A stretch of 63,680 bases of DNA, counting the filler, from Octopus bimaculoides (taxonomy: Eukaryota): assembly GCF_001194135.2 (NCBI RefSeq). It is 5 parts of 5 records of this genome, joined end to end, with 100 filler letters (N's around TTAATTAATTAA, not from the genome) between each part and the next. Parts side by side here need not be neighbours in the genome. Positions count along the whole stretch, not along the records: positions 1 to 29,159 come from NC_069001.1; positions 29,260 to 46,777 come from NC_068997.1; 3 more parts are not named here. The stretch is one strand, 5' to 3'. The notes below the pieces were generated by a model. That model did not search any database, was not told the DNA's origin, and worked only from the letters and a program-made list of their open reading frames with translations. Shown piece by piece: positions 28,791-41,111 of this stretch (position 1 is its first letter; every line of letters starts with the position of its first letter). A program made the translations under genes and the position numbers.

Positions 28791-29159
28791 TGTCAAAACC
28801 ATAAAGACCTACTAAATAACGGTTTGGACTCGACGACAACAACAACAACAACAATCACCAGACCCATTTTTTAAAAAACAAAGAAAATTATGTAACAAGC
28901 ATACGCATGTATATATATATATATATATATATATACATTTATAAATGCAACATATACATAAGAAGTGTGTGTACATACATATAATTATATGCAAATATAT
29001 TTACATATATACACACATAGATACATACATATATACATACCTACATGCTCATAGAGATTTATATGTGTGTGTGTATGTATATATATATATATATATGTAT
29101 ATAGACATATATATATATGTGTGTATATATATATATGTATATATGCATATATATATGCA

Positions 29160-29259
29160 NNNNNNNNNNNNNNNNNNNNNNNNNNNNNNNNNNNNNNNNN
29201 NNNTTAATTAATTAANNNNNNNNNNNNNNNNNNNNNNNNNNNNNNNNNNNNNNNNNNNN
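29160..29259. other. Artificial scaffold join (44N + TTAATTAATTAA + 44N)
   Basis: Exactly 100 bp; the 12-mer has stops in all six frames. Confidence 0.97.
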
Positions 29260-29263
29260 CTAA

Positions 29264-29307
<44 letters not shown>

Positions 29308-30249
29308 CGATAGGAATTAATTTTTGTGCATACTTTTCTTCCATCTTAGTTCTCAACGCTCTTCATTTTCCTACAATCCACTTCTTCATAAACACACCAC
29401 CCACCTCACACATTTCCACATACTATTCATACGCAAACATATCAACAGCTATAAACATTCATACACACACAGAGAATATAAAAGTACACAACACCCTTAT
29501 TTATACATGTAAGCAAGCAAGAAAGTGCACATATATTCGCACACATACATACACACACATATGCCAGACTAATTCCAGTCATTCACCATGCTGTGATAGT
29601 TAGATACATGTGTGTTTCAATTTCTCCAATTTACTTTTTCCTTTTTGGTATTTCCATGTATCTCCTATCTTTCAGAAGATGAGCGAATACTCGAAATATT
29701 ACAGATTATTCCTTCTTTTTTCCATCATTTACTGAGCATCAAACTTATACCAACTCTGTGTTTATGTTTTGCGTTGTCATTGTGTTGTAATTTTTGTAAC
29801 CTTTGCACGATTTATAATTATGTGTGTGCATATATAGACACATAGATAATGAAGGAGAGAGGAAAGAATGGTGAAAATGTTAGAAAAACAAACAATGAAT
29901 ATTTTACCAGCATAAAAAATTTTAAAACTTTAGCTAACCAATCTTTAAAATACATTTTTTACCTATGTAATTTTACTTTTCTTCAATTTATTAATGGTTC
30001 ATTACATGAATTGATAAAATAATAAATACATGTATATATATATATATAATCTTACTTGCCACTGCGTTCCGTCAGAAAATATGCTATTCAGAAGACTATC
30101 AATTTTCTTTCTCTCCGATGAAAGTGGAACTTCTTTCAATTCTTTTCTTCCTTTAATATAGATTTTAAAACAAACCATCAGTCGATATTAAAATATTCCA
30201 AACCGTCGTCGGCATCAAGCACAACAGCAAATACAACAGAAAGACACAA

Positions 30250-31020
30250 ACTCCGCGCACTACACAGCAATAAATATTAACAACAAAAAATTCCTACATT
30301 ACATATAACATAGCTCCACCATATCGAAAACAAATTACATAACACCCAAAATATCACATCACCTGTAAACATAAAAATAATACACATAGATTGAAATACA
30401 TACACAAGCCTAAAAAGAAATTCCTCAAGGCAATTAGAGACTACCAAGGGACTTCATCAAAGAGAATATATGCGGTTACTCTCATAAAAGAACAGACAAC
30501 TCGGCACAAGGGTGGAATATCCACTTCTCACCGCTTTTACTCACTCTTTAATGAACAGAAAAGGCAGTATAAATACAAGTGGCCTACGGTACGGGCTCAC
30601 CCCAAAAGCAGGGCCACCTATTGTCACTGAGCATAGATCTGGTGGCGATCAGAGGCATGACCCTTCGTACCAATCTTGGTGACTTTGAGGTTTACGCACC
30701 TCTAAGCTGTCCGGGATATGGATGCAGAATCAATTTGTTGTTTCGAAAAGGTTTGGATCTCACGATACAGACCATTTTCCTGAACCCAGAAGGTAAATTA
30801 GTGGTGCTGGACGTGACCAGCAGTAACAGTTATATTTTCAGGTAAGTCGCTGTTTATGCCCCGAGAGAGGCAGAACGGCCTAATTTCTTCAGTCACCTTT
30901 AAACAGTTCTTGGAATGTCTCGGTCTTAGAGACATGCTAGCGCTGTATAGGTCAAGCAGATATGGATGAGGGTGTAAAAGCCTTGCAAACCTGCTCAGAC
31001 GTTTTTAATTGTTTGACAGA
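30250..31020 (+). mobile_element. Older degenerate relative of the Tx1 LINE (ORF1 tail plus endonuclease)
   Basis: 'LLFRKGLDLTIQTIFLNPEGKLVVLDVTSSN..VAVYAP' aligns with 'VLLRKSLDLKVKAIFLDPESRLVVLDVDGSN..TAVYAP' in the 45518 ORF. Confidence 0.8.
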
Positions 31021-31024
31021 TATC

Positions 31025-31620
31025 GACTAGATTTCCCATATGTCTCCATATTTGACTATTTTGTCTTCTTTCATGATAATATTTTGATCTCCTAGAACTG
31101 CTACGTCGAATATTAGGAACTTTCGCTTGATCCACCTAAAGGTTACTATATCCTGCCTTTGATGCTCTAAAACCTTGTCTGTCTGGGAGGCAAAGGTCAC
31201 AGAGGAATTTTGCCTTCCGCGTTTCGTCAATTAACTTGTTCGGTGTCCAAGCGTACTAAGCACCCATTACCTCGTATGTATACCTCCGGTAGTGTAGCCG
31301 ATGAAGGTTTCGGGCTACCTTGCCCTGTCTGCACTTGTACTCTTTCTGCGCAAACCTTTCACAAGCACTAACGAGTCACGCTTTCCATCCAGTTCTCATA
31401 TATTCTGCAGAGATTCGTTGCACTTTTGTGGGATATATCAATTTTTCACTGAGTTGCCTGATCCTGGGAAGCGATGATTAGGCTTTCAGTCTTCTTTTTT
31501 AAGTCACTATTACTGAGCCACATCCGTGATGTTTTCTGTTTTTTAAATTGTTAATTTCACGGCGGAACTGTCCATGTAATTCCATGCGGAGTAGAGTTAC
31601 TTCTCTCTTGTTGGTTATTC
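31025..31620 (-). mobile_element. R4/Dong-clade non-LTR retrotransposon fragment (C-terminal zinc-finger region plus restriction-like endonuclease)
   Basis: Across frameshifts: LHGQF, TESLIIASQDQA, AQKEYK, TDKVLEHQRQDIV..KFLIFDVAVLGDQNIIMKE..KY. Confidence 0.82.
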
Positions 31621-31742
31621 GGGATCAGAATATCATTATTGAGTGAGAGAGGAGTGAACGCCATCAAAGTAACACTGGGGTAATATATACGAAGCCTAGT
31701 ATACACATCATGACTACCCGTCTGATAAGGAAACACCAGACA

Positions 31743-32087
31743 CATGCATCACAACCATATGTGCGCGACTTGGTGATCTCATATCAAGATTAACAGCGCA
31801 TGACTTTGCAGGTGGGTCCCAGTTAGAATTTTCTTCAGGTCGAGTAGCCCATCTTGCTCAAAAAGTCGCTGAATAAGGGTTGTTTAAGGATGTTGAAAGA
31901 AATACCCATGTGTCCAGAGGTGAATAATCCAAACCCCAATTCCTCTCAACACATGGCTATGGTGCTCCCCCACTACTTCTGCTCGTGATCAGAGATGCAC
32001 ATATCGTCAGCTACCAAGGGACATGCTCAACTGGTTAAGGTCGAGCAACTAACAAGTAAATCTGTGTTATTGAGCAGAATATTTGCT
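31743..32087. repeat. High-copy interspersed repeat (likely LINE UTR or SINE)
   Basis: Recognised from memory as a common Octopus repeat (catgcatcacaaccatatgtgcgcgac..gagcagaatatttgct); class uncertain. Confidence 0.5.
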
Positions 32088-32489
32088 GGAGCCCATTTTT
32101 TATGTCAAGACAAAACAATGTACATGATAACACTTCCAATCAGTTAAAATCAGAAGCCACTGTCTGGTACTGCATCAGGGCATTTATTATTACTATTATT
32201 AGAGAAGACGGAGAGTGTGATGCTATTGTAATAGATATTTTATTGGTTGAAGGATATTTCGACAGCAAGCCTGTCTTTGTCGATTTCAAAATAAAATGTG
32301 ATAGAAATTCAAATCTGAAGCATGGACGAGAGCAACCAACGTCCACACATTGATGGAATAATATCATCAGTTTTTAAGTTTCAATTTTAGAGCTTGTGAA
32401 AAGAAAAAGACAGTAAAAATGAGGAAAGAAAAAGAAGAGGAAAAAGAATATTTAATCAAACAGTCTGGTATAAATTTGATGATACTCTC

Positions 32490-33114
32490 CAGTCATTTTA
32501 TTCATTCCTCCAGGGCATGATGCTAGTAACTCGCAAACATATTTCTCCTCGTGCATTTTGAGAATTGAAAGTGAAGCAGATACAGAATATTTTCTGAGAA
32601 TATGCACTTTCAAGTCTTTTTCAAATTTGCAGACATTTGAAGCAAAATGTTCAGCAAGTTCTGTCGAACTACTGGTATTGTGCCTGACGTCATATCTGTG
32701 CCCATTAAACCTTTTGTTTAATTGTTATGTTGTACAACCGACATAAATCAAGTTGTGTTTCGTGTATTCTGCCGCGCACCCCAAATGTGAATCTCTACAT
32801 ATCCCACCTTCTGTATAAATCATATTTCTATCATGATAGCTGATGGAATCCACTTGACACATGTTACACAATGAACAGGGCTTACCACTCTTGCGGCTGT
32901 TTTTCAAGTTACAGCGTGCAGATACTCCAATGTCAGTTTTCTTGGAGTCCAAAATAGAGGTCAATAATTCTCTTATATTCTTATTCCATCTAAAGGCTAC
33001 AACAGACGGCTGAGGGAATATCTGTTTGAAATGAGGATATTTTTCCGCCATATGCTGGTAACTTTCATGCAACATTTTTGAAATGCCAGCAATATTTCTG
33101 TGCCAGTTAATCAC
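32490..33114 (-). mobile_element. Penelope-like element remnant (GIY-YIG endonuclease)
   Basis: FPQPSVVAFRWNKNIRELL, CSLC, AAEYTKHNLIYVG, QLNKRFNGHRYD, LAEHF..DLKVHIL. Confidence 0.85.
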
Positions 33115-33190
33115 TAAAGGAATTGTGTCACATATTGTATTATGTTTGCTAAAATTATGCGTGAGATATACAGAAACTACCTTTTTAAAG

Positions 33191-36100
33191 TGGTGACGAG
33201 TGATTGGAAGCTTACGTTGCTGATTAACAAATGTTTATGATACAAAAAATTCATTAAACATAGACCTATTAGTTGACATATTACAGTTTCAAACGCAACA
33301 TCAACAGAATTTGCGCAAACAACAGCAACAACTACAACACTATCAAGTTGCTGGAGCTGATGCTGAAGCCGAGAAACACTGCAAGCTCGTTTTCGCCAGA
33401 CGGTGTAGTGAATGCTAAAAGTGAATTTAGTTATAACCCATAAGAGGCTATAATTTTTTCTGCGTACTTCAGAAAATACTAAGACATTTTCAAGGAAGAA
33501 TGCAAGTGTTGGACAGACGAGGAAATTTTGAGATTTGTTATGGAGACTAGATCCTTCAGAACATGAAAACTACTGCAATTTTATCTTGCCTAAGAAAACA
33601 AGTGAAATATGTTTCGAGGAAAGAATTGAAATGCTATCCAAAATGTTCACCGATAAGATTTCCCTGGTTAACACTTGCTGGAAGTGTTTAAACCTTGTAA
33701 AAGAAGAGTGCGGAAATGTTGTCAGATATACCGCTATCATAAATGAAATATGCAAAAAATTTAAACTGAAGGAATTATTTCCGGACATGTTTAAATGCCT
33801 TATTTTTGTACCAGATTTGATCGCAAACAAAGATGCAGAAATACGTGCACAGATTCTTACAAAACTAAATCAGGAGGACCATAATTTAACTCTACAGTCA
33901 GTAGAAGAAGAGTGTCAAATAATTATCACCTTACGACAAGACGTGAAGAAAATTGAAGAAAAAATATCTCCCAAGTACAGACATGTCGACCGGGAATAAA
34001 GAAACGAAAAAGAATATTATGACTTAATCCATGCTATGAGCATGGAGGCCTATATTTTAAGAAAGACTGTCCATTTAAAACTCGGAATAATTATTTGTCA
34101 AAGTATAGGACATACAAGCTCGTCCTGCATAGCGAAGCAAAAAATGGTCGGGAAAAACTTCTAAAAAGGTTTTCTCAACAGGAAGTCATGACGACACCCA
34201 AAAAGGAAAGTACGTGTATGTAGAAATAAACGACGCGAATGTGAAACTACAACTAGACACCGGTAGCGATATTACAGTTATTGATACCGACACGCGGAAG
34301 AAATTTGGGAAAAAGCACATTAAAGAAAACATCGAAAAGTCCGTGAGTCATCACAAGTGGTTAAATCTGTAACGCGAAAATGTTTCTGTTAAAAGGTGCA
34401 AGAAACCTGTTCGTTAATGACTGGATGGAGTTGTTTGATTTATGGGACTTCCCCATAAATCTGTTCTATAAAAACATTAATGAATGTTCCTCCAGTAAAA
34501 ATAAAGTGTCAAATGAATTGAAGAAAACATTTTCAATTGTCGGATAAATTAGATTTGTGTACTAAGACTGAGGTATGCTTCCAAATCAAGGAAAAAGCAA
34601 CACTAGCGTTCAAATCAGAACAGATAACCGTTTGCTGCTATAAAACATAACGATGACGAGTTAGATAGATTAGAGAAAATTGAAGTCATCCAAAAAGTGG
34701 AATATGCAAAATGGGCAGCTGCAACTCTGTGTATTATAAAACAATGAATAACAAAATCGGTGTGTGTGTGCCGATTTTTCCTCTAGTTTGAATGAATGTC
34801 TGAAAGCATGTAACTATCCACTACTTACTCCGGAGGATATTTTTGAAAAGTTAAATGGGGGCAAGCTATTTTTGAAACTGGATCTCTCCGATGCTTACCT
34901 ACAAATGAGAGTAGATGAGGACTGCTCAAAATACTTAATAGTGAATACGCAAAAGAACTGTATATATAACAGATAACCGTTTGGTCTAAAGGTCGCACCT
35001 GCAATTTTTCAACAGGTTGCAATGTTAATGGATGCAATGTTAGCAGACTGTGAATTCGCATTTCTAAACCTAGATGATATGTTGATTAAAAATGAATCTC
35101 GTGATCAGCATGTCAAAAATATAAAATGTGTTTTTGAAAAAAATAAGAGATTGAGGTTTCGCACTGAATAAGGAAAATTAAGTATTTAGAACAAATCATT
35201 GACAGGAATGGACAACAACCAGATTCATCGAAGGCCGACGCAGATATGAATACGCCTCCTACGACTAATATAACGACCTTATAAACTGTTCTAGGTCAAG
35301 CGAATTATTATCAAAATTATATACTAAATATGCATGAATTGAGAGCACCACTAAATAATTTGCTAAAAAAAGGTGTGAAGTGGAATTGGTCAAATAATTG
35401 TCAAAAGACGTTTGACGATAATAAAAAAAAATATTATAATCGGATTTGTTTGCTGGTTCATTTCAAACCTACACCGGAGATTGTTGTAGTTTCTGACGCT
35501 TTTGAATATGGCATATAAGCAGTAATACTGTACGAATATAAGGCGGCGAGCTGGTAGAAAAGCTTGCACGCCGGGCGAAGTGCTTAGCGGTATTTCGTCT
35601 GCCGTTACGTTCTGAATTCAAATTCCGCCGAGGTCGACTTTGCCTTTCATCCTTTCGGGATCGATAAATTAAGTACCAGATCGATAAATTAAGTACCAGG
35701 GGTCGATGTAATCGACTAAATCCCTTTTTCTGTCCTTATTTGTTCCCTCTGTGTTTAGCCCCTTGTGGGCAATAAAGAAATAAGAAACGTTAAGGTGCCG
35801 GGCGAAATGCTTATGGATATTTCATCTGTCTTTATGTTCTGAGTTCAAATTCAGCTGAGGTCGACTTTGTCTTTCATCCTTTTGGGGTCGCTAAATTAAG
35901 TACCAGTTGCGTACTGGGATCGATCTAATCGACTGGCCCCCTCGCCAAAAATTTCGGGCCTTGTGCCTAGAGCAGAAAAGAATGCTACACGAATATAAAG
36001 ACGGTAACATGAAGGTGACTGTTCATACCTAACGCTCTCTGATAGCTGCAGAGAAAAATTATAGTCAAATAGAGTAAGAAGCTCTAGCGATCATGTTTGT

Positions 36101-36845
36101 CGTGAAAAAATTTCGCAATTTTTTTCACGGTAGAAGTTTTCGGCTACAAACGGATCCCCGACCGTTATTATCGGTTTTTGATTCGGGAAACAAATTCCTA
36201 ACCATGTAGCAAATAGGCTACAACGCTGGGGTACAATATTGTTGAATTACAACTTTAAGATGGAGTATATACCATCCGAGATGTTAGGCCAGGCGGATTC
36301 TTTATCAAGACTAATTCTAAAAAATGCCGAACCATTGGAAGATATGATGATAGCCTTACTACAAGCAGAAGATTAAGTAAAATACATTTTGATTAATATC
36401 ATTCAGGAGCTGCCAATAACTACTCAAGATATAAAATTAAAATCGGAGAATGATAAATTCTTGCAAAGATAAAAGAAACGTTGAAGGTAAAGGAAAATAA
36501 AAATATACGTAACGCAAGCGGAATCTATTATTCTGTGTGTGATAATGTGTTGATGTTTACACAGAGAGTTGTAGTGCCAGCTGCACTACAAAACCGTGTA
36601 TTAAGGGAATTTTATATAGGACACATAGGGATTTCAAGAATGAATTCAGTAATGAGGAGTTACGTATATTGGCCTATTATGGAGCGTGATATTGAACAAT
36701 TGGTGAAATCCTGAAGAGGTTGTAATCTCGCAGCAAGTCACCACCGGTGAAATTCCAATCGTGGTCTAAGATAAACAGTCCGTAGTCCAGGGTACATATA
36801 GATTTTGCTGGACCGGTAAACAGCGCGTATTATCTGACAGCTATA
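33191..36845 (+). mobile_element. Degenerate Ty3/Gypsy LTR retrotransposon internal region
   Basis: PBS-like tggtgacgag at 33191. Domains in order: gag, protease (LQLDTGSDITVI), RT (KLDLSDAYLQ), RNase H (NYSQIE.EALAI), integrase Zn finger (HIGISRM..YVYWP). Many stops; LTRs not identified. Confidence 0.92.
35542..35982 (+). mobile_element. Dimeric tRNA-derived SINE inserted into the Gypsy RNase H region
   Basis: Two head-to-tail monomers (second from ~35782). Degenerate 16-bp TSD tactgtacgaatataa (35526-41) / tgctacacgaatataa (35983-98). Internal 20-bp tandem duplication at 35661-35700. Confidence 0.88.
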
Positions 36846-37429
36846 CCAAGATTTACTATGCTCCTCGTTCTTAAATGAGTTTATATGTGTAAAATATCTC
36901 TGTTTAAAATTAATAGTAGACCTAATATAGTAGTTAGTTGAATTATGCAAAATGTTGTGTATATTATATATTGGGTAGAGAGAAGTAGGATAATCTTAGG
37001 TTAGGTCTATTGAAGATTGAATGGTATTTATTGTGACGTTAGAGTCTATTTGAAAGAAGGTTTTGGCTAAGTCCTTAACGTTTAAAGCGAATGGGGATGT
37101 AAACCAGAGAATCCTAATTTAAGTATGAGGAGCATAGCAAATCAACCTCCCTAGCCAACTTCATACACCATCTAAAAATAGAAATATACTATATAGGATA
37201 TCCTGGGTCATAATAGATACTGAGGTGACACTCCAAGGCCAAAGATTCTTTGAAACTATGCTTCAAAGAAACTTTCCAAATATTAATACATGATTCATCG
37301 CAATTACTAAATAAACAACACAAAGCTTCATCTGTATGCTGTCATAGGTTCTATCATACCTTTGAATTCTTCCATAGGTCCAAATGAAAAAAAAATCACT
37401 CATAACACATCCATCCACGGTCGTTACAA

Positions 37430-37460
<31 letters not shown>

Positions 37461-37661
37461 GGTTATGAGAAGTAATCATGTCAAGAAGATCCAAAGGTGT
37501 CAGGTAATGCTGAGTAAGTGCTATGGACAAACTATAGTTAAGCTCCAGGTTCGGNNNNNNNNNNGCGAAGGTCATATATCAGCATGTGTATATACAAAAA
37601 TAATTAACAGAATGTGATAAAAATCCAAGGCTATGAAAAATTTCAGAACATTTATAAATAG

Positions 37662-37709
37662 GTCTTACAGCTGTTTCTGGGATATTTTATATATCCTTTC
37701 ATCGGAGAC
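37662..37709 (-). ncRNA. Minimal type-I hammerhead ribozyme motif (Penelope-type)
   Basis: GTCT-CCGATGA-[aGGATAT ataaa ATATCC]-GAAAC-AGCT-GTA-AGAC: 4-bp stem I, 6-bp stem II, palindromic loop III. It has a U4C deviation from the canonical core. Confidence 0.65.
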
Positions 37710-38034
37710 TGTGTGAGAAGATGGTTAAGCAATAGTTATTCTAGATAAGATATGAAATAAAGAGTGAAGTGGAGGAATGAAAATAGACGTGAGACATGCT
37801 GGGATATTGTATCTTCAGTTCCATTATTTCGGCAGAATGGTATACACACAAGATTCTTGTACCGTTTGACTTCTCACCGTGGTACAGGGATCTTATATGT
37901 ATACCATTCTGCCTAAATAATGGAACTAAAGGCACAATATCCCCGCATATCTCACGTCTATTTTCATTCTTCCACTTCACTTTCTATTTCATATCTTATC
38001 TAGAATAACTATTGCTTAACCAATTTCTCACACC

Positions 38035-38079
38035 GTCTCCGAGGAAGGGATATATCCCGGCTTGGAAACAACTGTAAGA
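38035..38079 (+). ncRNA. Minimal hammerhead motif (inverted partner copy)
   Basis: GTCT-CCGAGGA-aGGGATATATCCC..-GAAAC-AACT-GTA-AGA. Confidence 0.55.
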
Positions 38080-38137
38080 AGTATTTATAAATGTTCTGAA
38101 ATCTTTCACAGCTTTGGATTTTTATTTCATTCTGTTA

Positions 38138-38176
<39 letters not shown>

Positions 38177-38799
38177 GTATATATATGTGTGTATATAAGT
38201 ACGTGTATATATGTGAGCGTTTATATGTACACTTATATATGTGTATATATGCGTGTGAATATATTTGTGCATGTATATGTATATACATATGTATGTATAT
38301 GTGTATGTCTATATATGTATATGTGTGTATGCATGTGTATGTCCGCTTTTCTTTTTCTTTTCCTCTACTTCTCTATCAACATAAGTACCTTAGAGACTAG
38401 CTAGATTCAATTTTATAATTTTTAGATTTTGTAGTTTCGGGGTTTTAGTTTTATTAGTTTGTAATTTTAAGTTTAGGTTTTAAATTTTCATCTTTAACTT
38501 AACTTTAATTCTTAATCCCTTATCTAGTATTATTTAATTTCTGTTAAGCTTGAAATATAATTTTAAATATCTGACCTTACCTATATGGGCCCTCAATACC
38601 CATTTTACTAAAACTTTAACGTTTGACTGACATATCTCTATCATTATCTTTATTTTACTTTGATTTTATATTTTATTTCTATTCTTATTTTTACCCTTTC
38701 ACCCCCATCTTATGTTTATTCCTTTCTCCTCTTTCTCCCTCTCTATTTCTCTCTTTCTCATTTCTCTCTCATATACTCCCACTTTCAAAACCTATTCAT

Positions 38800-39230
38800 G
38801 GCTATATGCACATGTAAATACTAACTATCGATTCAATATAAATTCATCATTCAAAATACTGCTGAAATGCCCCCTAGATTTACCTGAGATTTTAACAAAG
38901 GACCCATATCTTAATGGACGTACCGATCAACATCTATATCCTCTGGAAATAGATGAGTTGTGAAAATTATTCTCCCACATTTACTCTTTATTCTTTTATT
39001 TATTCTTTTATTGTTCTATTTTATTCCTTAGAAGCTGTAAATCTATTTTTAATTCCCTGTAAACTGTAAAGTTTCCCTGTCTCAAATATTCATACCTTGT
39101 TTCTAATAACGGAATAGATATGCTAACCTACCTCTTGGATTATCCCAGAAACGGCTGTAAGATTTCAAATTCACCTTACCCTAATTAAATTATTTTATAT
39201 GACTTAATGTGTGCGTTCTACTTTGGTTTT
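38800..39230 (+). mobile_element. Penelope-type 3' end / pLTR remnant
   Basis: Decayed GIY-YIG-tail-like frame (RFNINSSFKILL) followed by a degenerate hammerhead motif at 39098-39163. Confidence 0.45.
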
Positions 39231-39356
39231 GCTTTTTCCTTTAATATAAAATATACCTTCTATAATGGAATCCAAATACAAATCCCTAGATCCACATCCT
39301 TTTGTTGTTTACAACACCTGTCCTCGCCTGTTGTTGTTTTTTTCGTAAATTCTCCC

Positions 39357-39410
<54 letters not shown>

Positions 39411-39419
39411 ATAGATGCA

Positions 39420-39950
39420 TATCATCATCATCATCATCATCACCTAACGTCCACTTTCCATGCTAGCATGGGTTAGACGGTTTGACTGTAGCTGGTAAGT
39501 CAGAGGTCTGTAGCAGCTACCTGTTTTATTTAGCATGGTTTCCATGGCTGGATACCCTTTCTAATGCTAACTACTCCAAGAGTGAAATGGGTGCGTTTTG
39601 CTTGTCACTAGGACGGTGTGATGTACATGACACTGGCAATGGTCATGACTACTGTCTCACTTGATTTGATGAGTATTCTTAAGCACAGCATATCACCAAG
39701 TTGTAGATTGCTTATCCTCGCATCCCTGAGGCCCATGCTTCATTACCCAATCCTTTGTTTCCGTGAGGCTCAACATACGAAGATCATGCTATTGGTAACG
39801 GCCACGATTACAACTTCACGGGTGCAATTTACATGACACCACCAACGGCCACAACTGGGAATTCTCTTGGCTTGTCGAGTCTTCTCAAGCACAGCATATC
39901 GCCAAAGATCTCAGTCACTAGTCATCGCCTCCGTGAGGCTTCGAAGATCA
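39420..39950 (-). mobile_element. SINE-like interspersed repeat with (CAT)n tail and internal duplicated unit
   Basis: catcatcat..aacgtccactttccatgctagcatgggtt tail; repeated unit ..cttaagcacagcatatc.. at ~39675 and ~39880. Confidence 0.6.
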
Positions 39951-40938
39951 TAAATGTGTGTACATGCATAAATATGTATATATGCGTGTGTGTGTGTTTG
40001 TGTGTATGTGCGTGTGTTTGTATGTATGTGTGTTTGTGCAAGTGTTTATGTATACACGCACACACACATACACACGCACACATACACAAATACACATACT
40101 GTGGACGATATCTTCCATCATGGCGGTACAACCATATCTGATTCTTCAAGTGCTTCAATTCTGTGTATGTACATTTATTTATTAGATTGCTTACATTTTG
40201 CAATGAGTTCTCCTATTTTGTTGTGCCATTTCCGACAATTAATAAAATTGTCTGAATTTTTGGTGACACAGTTATGTTACTTAGATATTATGAAAGCCAT
40301 TTTGAGGGAGAAAAGTGCACTATGTTTTGCTGCAAATTGCTCTTTGTAATAACTGATATGATTATATGTTGAATATAATAGCAGTTAATTCATAATTATT
40401 CCATAATTATTACTTAATATTTTAACATCTAAACTATTTTATTTCCATAGTCTTCCTAAAGTCACATAAAACCAGTGAGTTTGATGCTATTACTAAAGAG
40501 CAGTAACAGTTACCTTTCCATAAGCTTCTATGATATTAAATGACAATTTCTTCTGGAAAATATTCATTGGGTTAACAATTTCAGTAGTATACTCCTTTTA
40601 CTATTTAGTATCCCTTTACAGTAATGTAGACAATGGAAATTTGTGAGCTAAATGTATTCACCACAGACAAAGGGCAATGTTAATGACAACATACAATTCC
40701 CTGACATTCCAGAAACTTCTCCAGAAAATCTATTGATACAGCCATATGATCTCTTATTGATGAAGCTCAATTAAGCTTCGACATTCCAAGGTTAACATCC
40801 AAAAACTTGGCTCGTCTAATAATTGGTTTAATTAATTAATAATAAATCTAAGTTAAGAACATATTTAATGAAAATCAAACTCATTGGAAAATGTGAAAGA
40901 GCAAAGAATGAAAATTCAATTTTAAAGATATTTCTTAC

Positions 40939-41111
40939 CTTTGAACACAGCTTTCATGATTGCGATATCAAAGTCTTCTGGTGATTGTATATCACAGACA
41001 GTTATCAAATCCAAATGTTTCATGGAATCACATACGCAATCAACCAAGTCATGTTTACCATTTTCGCCCCACTTGTCTTTAATATCGGCTCTCAGTTGCC
41101 TTAGAATTGAT
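40939..41111 (-). CDS. TRPM: TRPM-family cation channel, next internal exon (SILRQLRADIKDKWGENGKHDLVDCVCDSMKHLDLITVCDIQSPEDFDIAIMKAVFK)
   Basis: Strong acceptor (T-run)ctag|A and donor AAAG|gtaaga; 173 nt, phase 2 to 1, in phase with the 42821 exon. 'SMKHLDLITV..EDFDIAIMKAVFK' matches the TRPM 'CMKKKELITVF..DIDLAILTALLK' motif, with correct spacing from GSG..AD. Confidence 0.87.

Larger units (their letters stand above)
37602..38140. repeat. Long inverted repeat (~260-bp arms, ~17-nt loop)
   Basis: Left arm 37602-37863 is the reverse complement of right arm 37881-38140 with scattered mismatches. Confidence 0.95.

Noticed and set aside
32102-32353. 83-aa plus-strand ORF between repeats
   Set aside because: No motifs or splice signals identified; probably decayed element sequence.
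33115-37100. LTRs of the Gypsy element
   Set aside because: No matching TG..CA direct repeats found on either side.
16377-40939. Phase-compatible splice from the TRPM exon (phase 1) to the mucin-like exon (phase 1)
   Set aside because: The exons lie on different scaffold blocks and the product is biologically implausible; a one-in-three coincidence.
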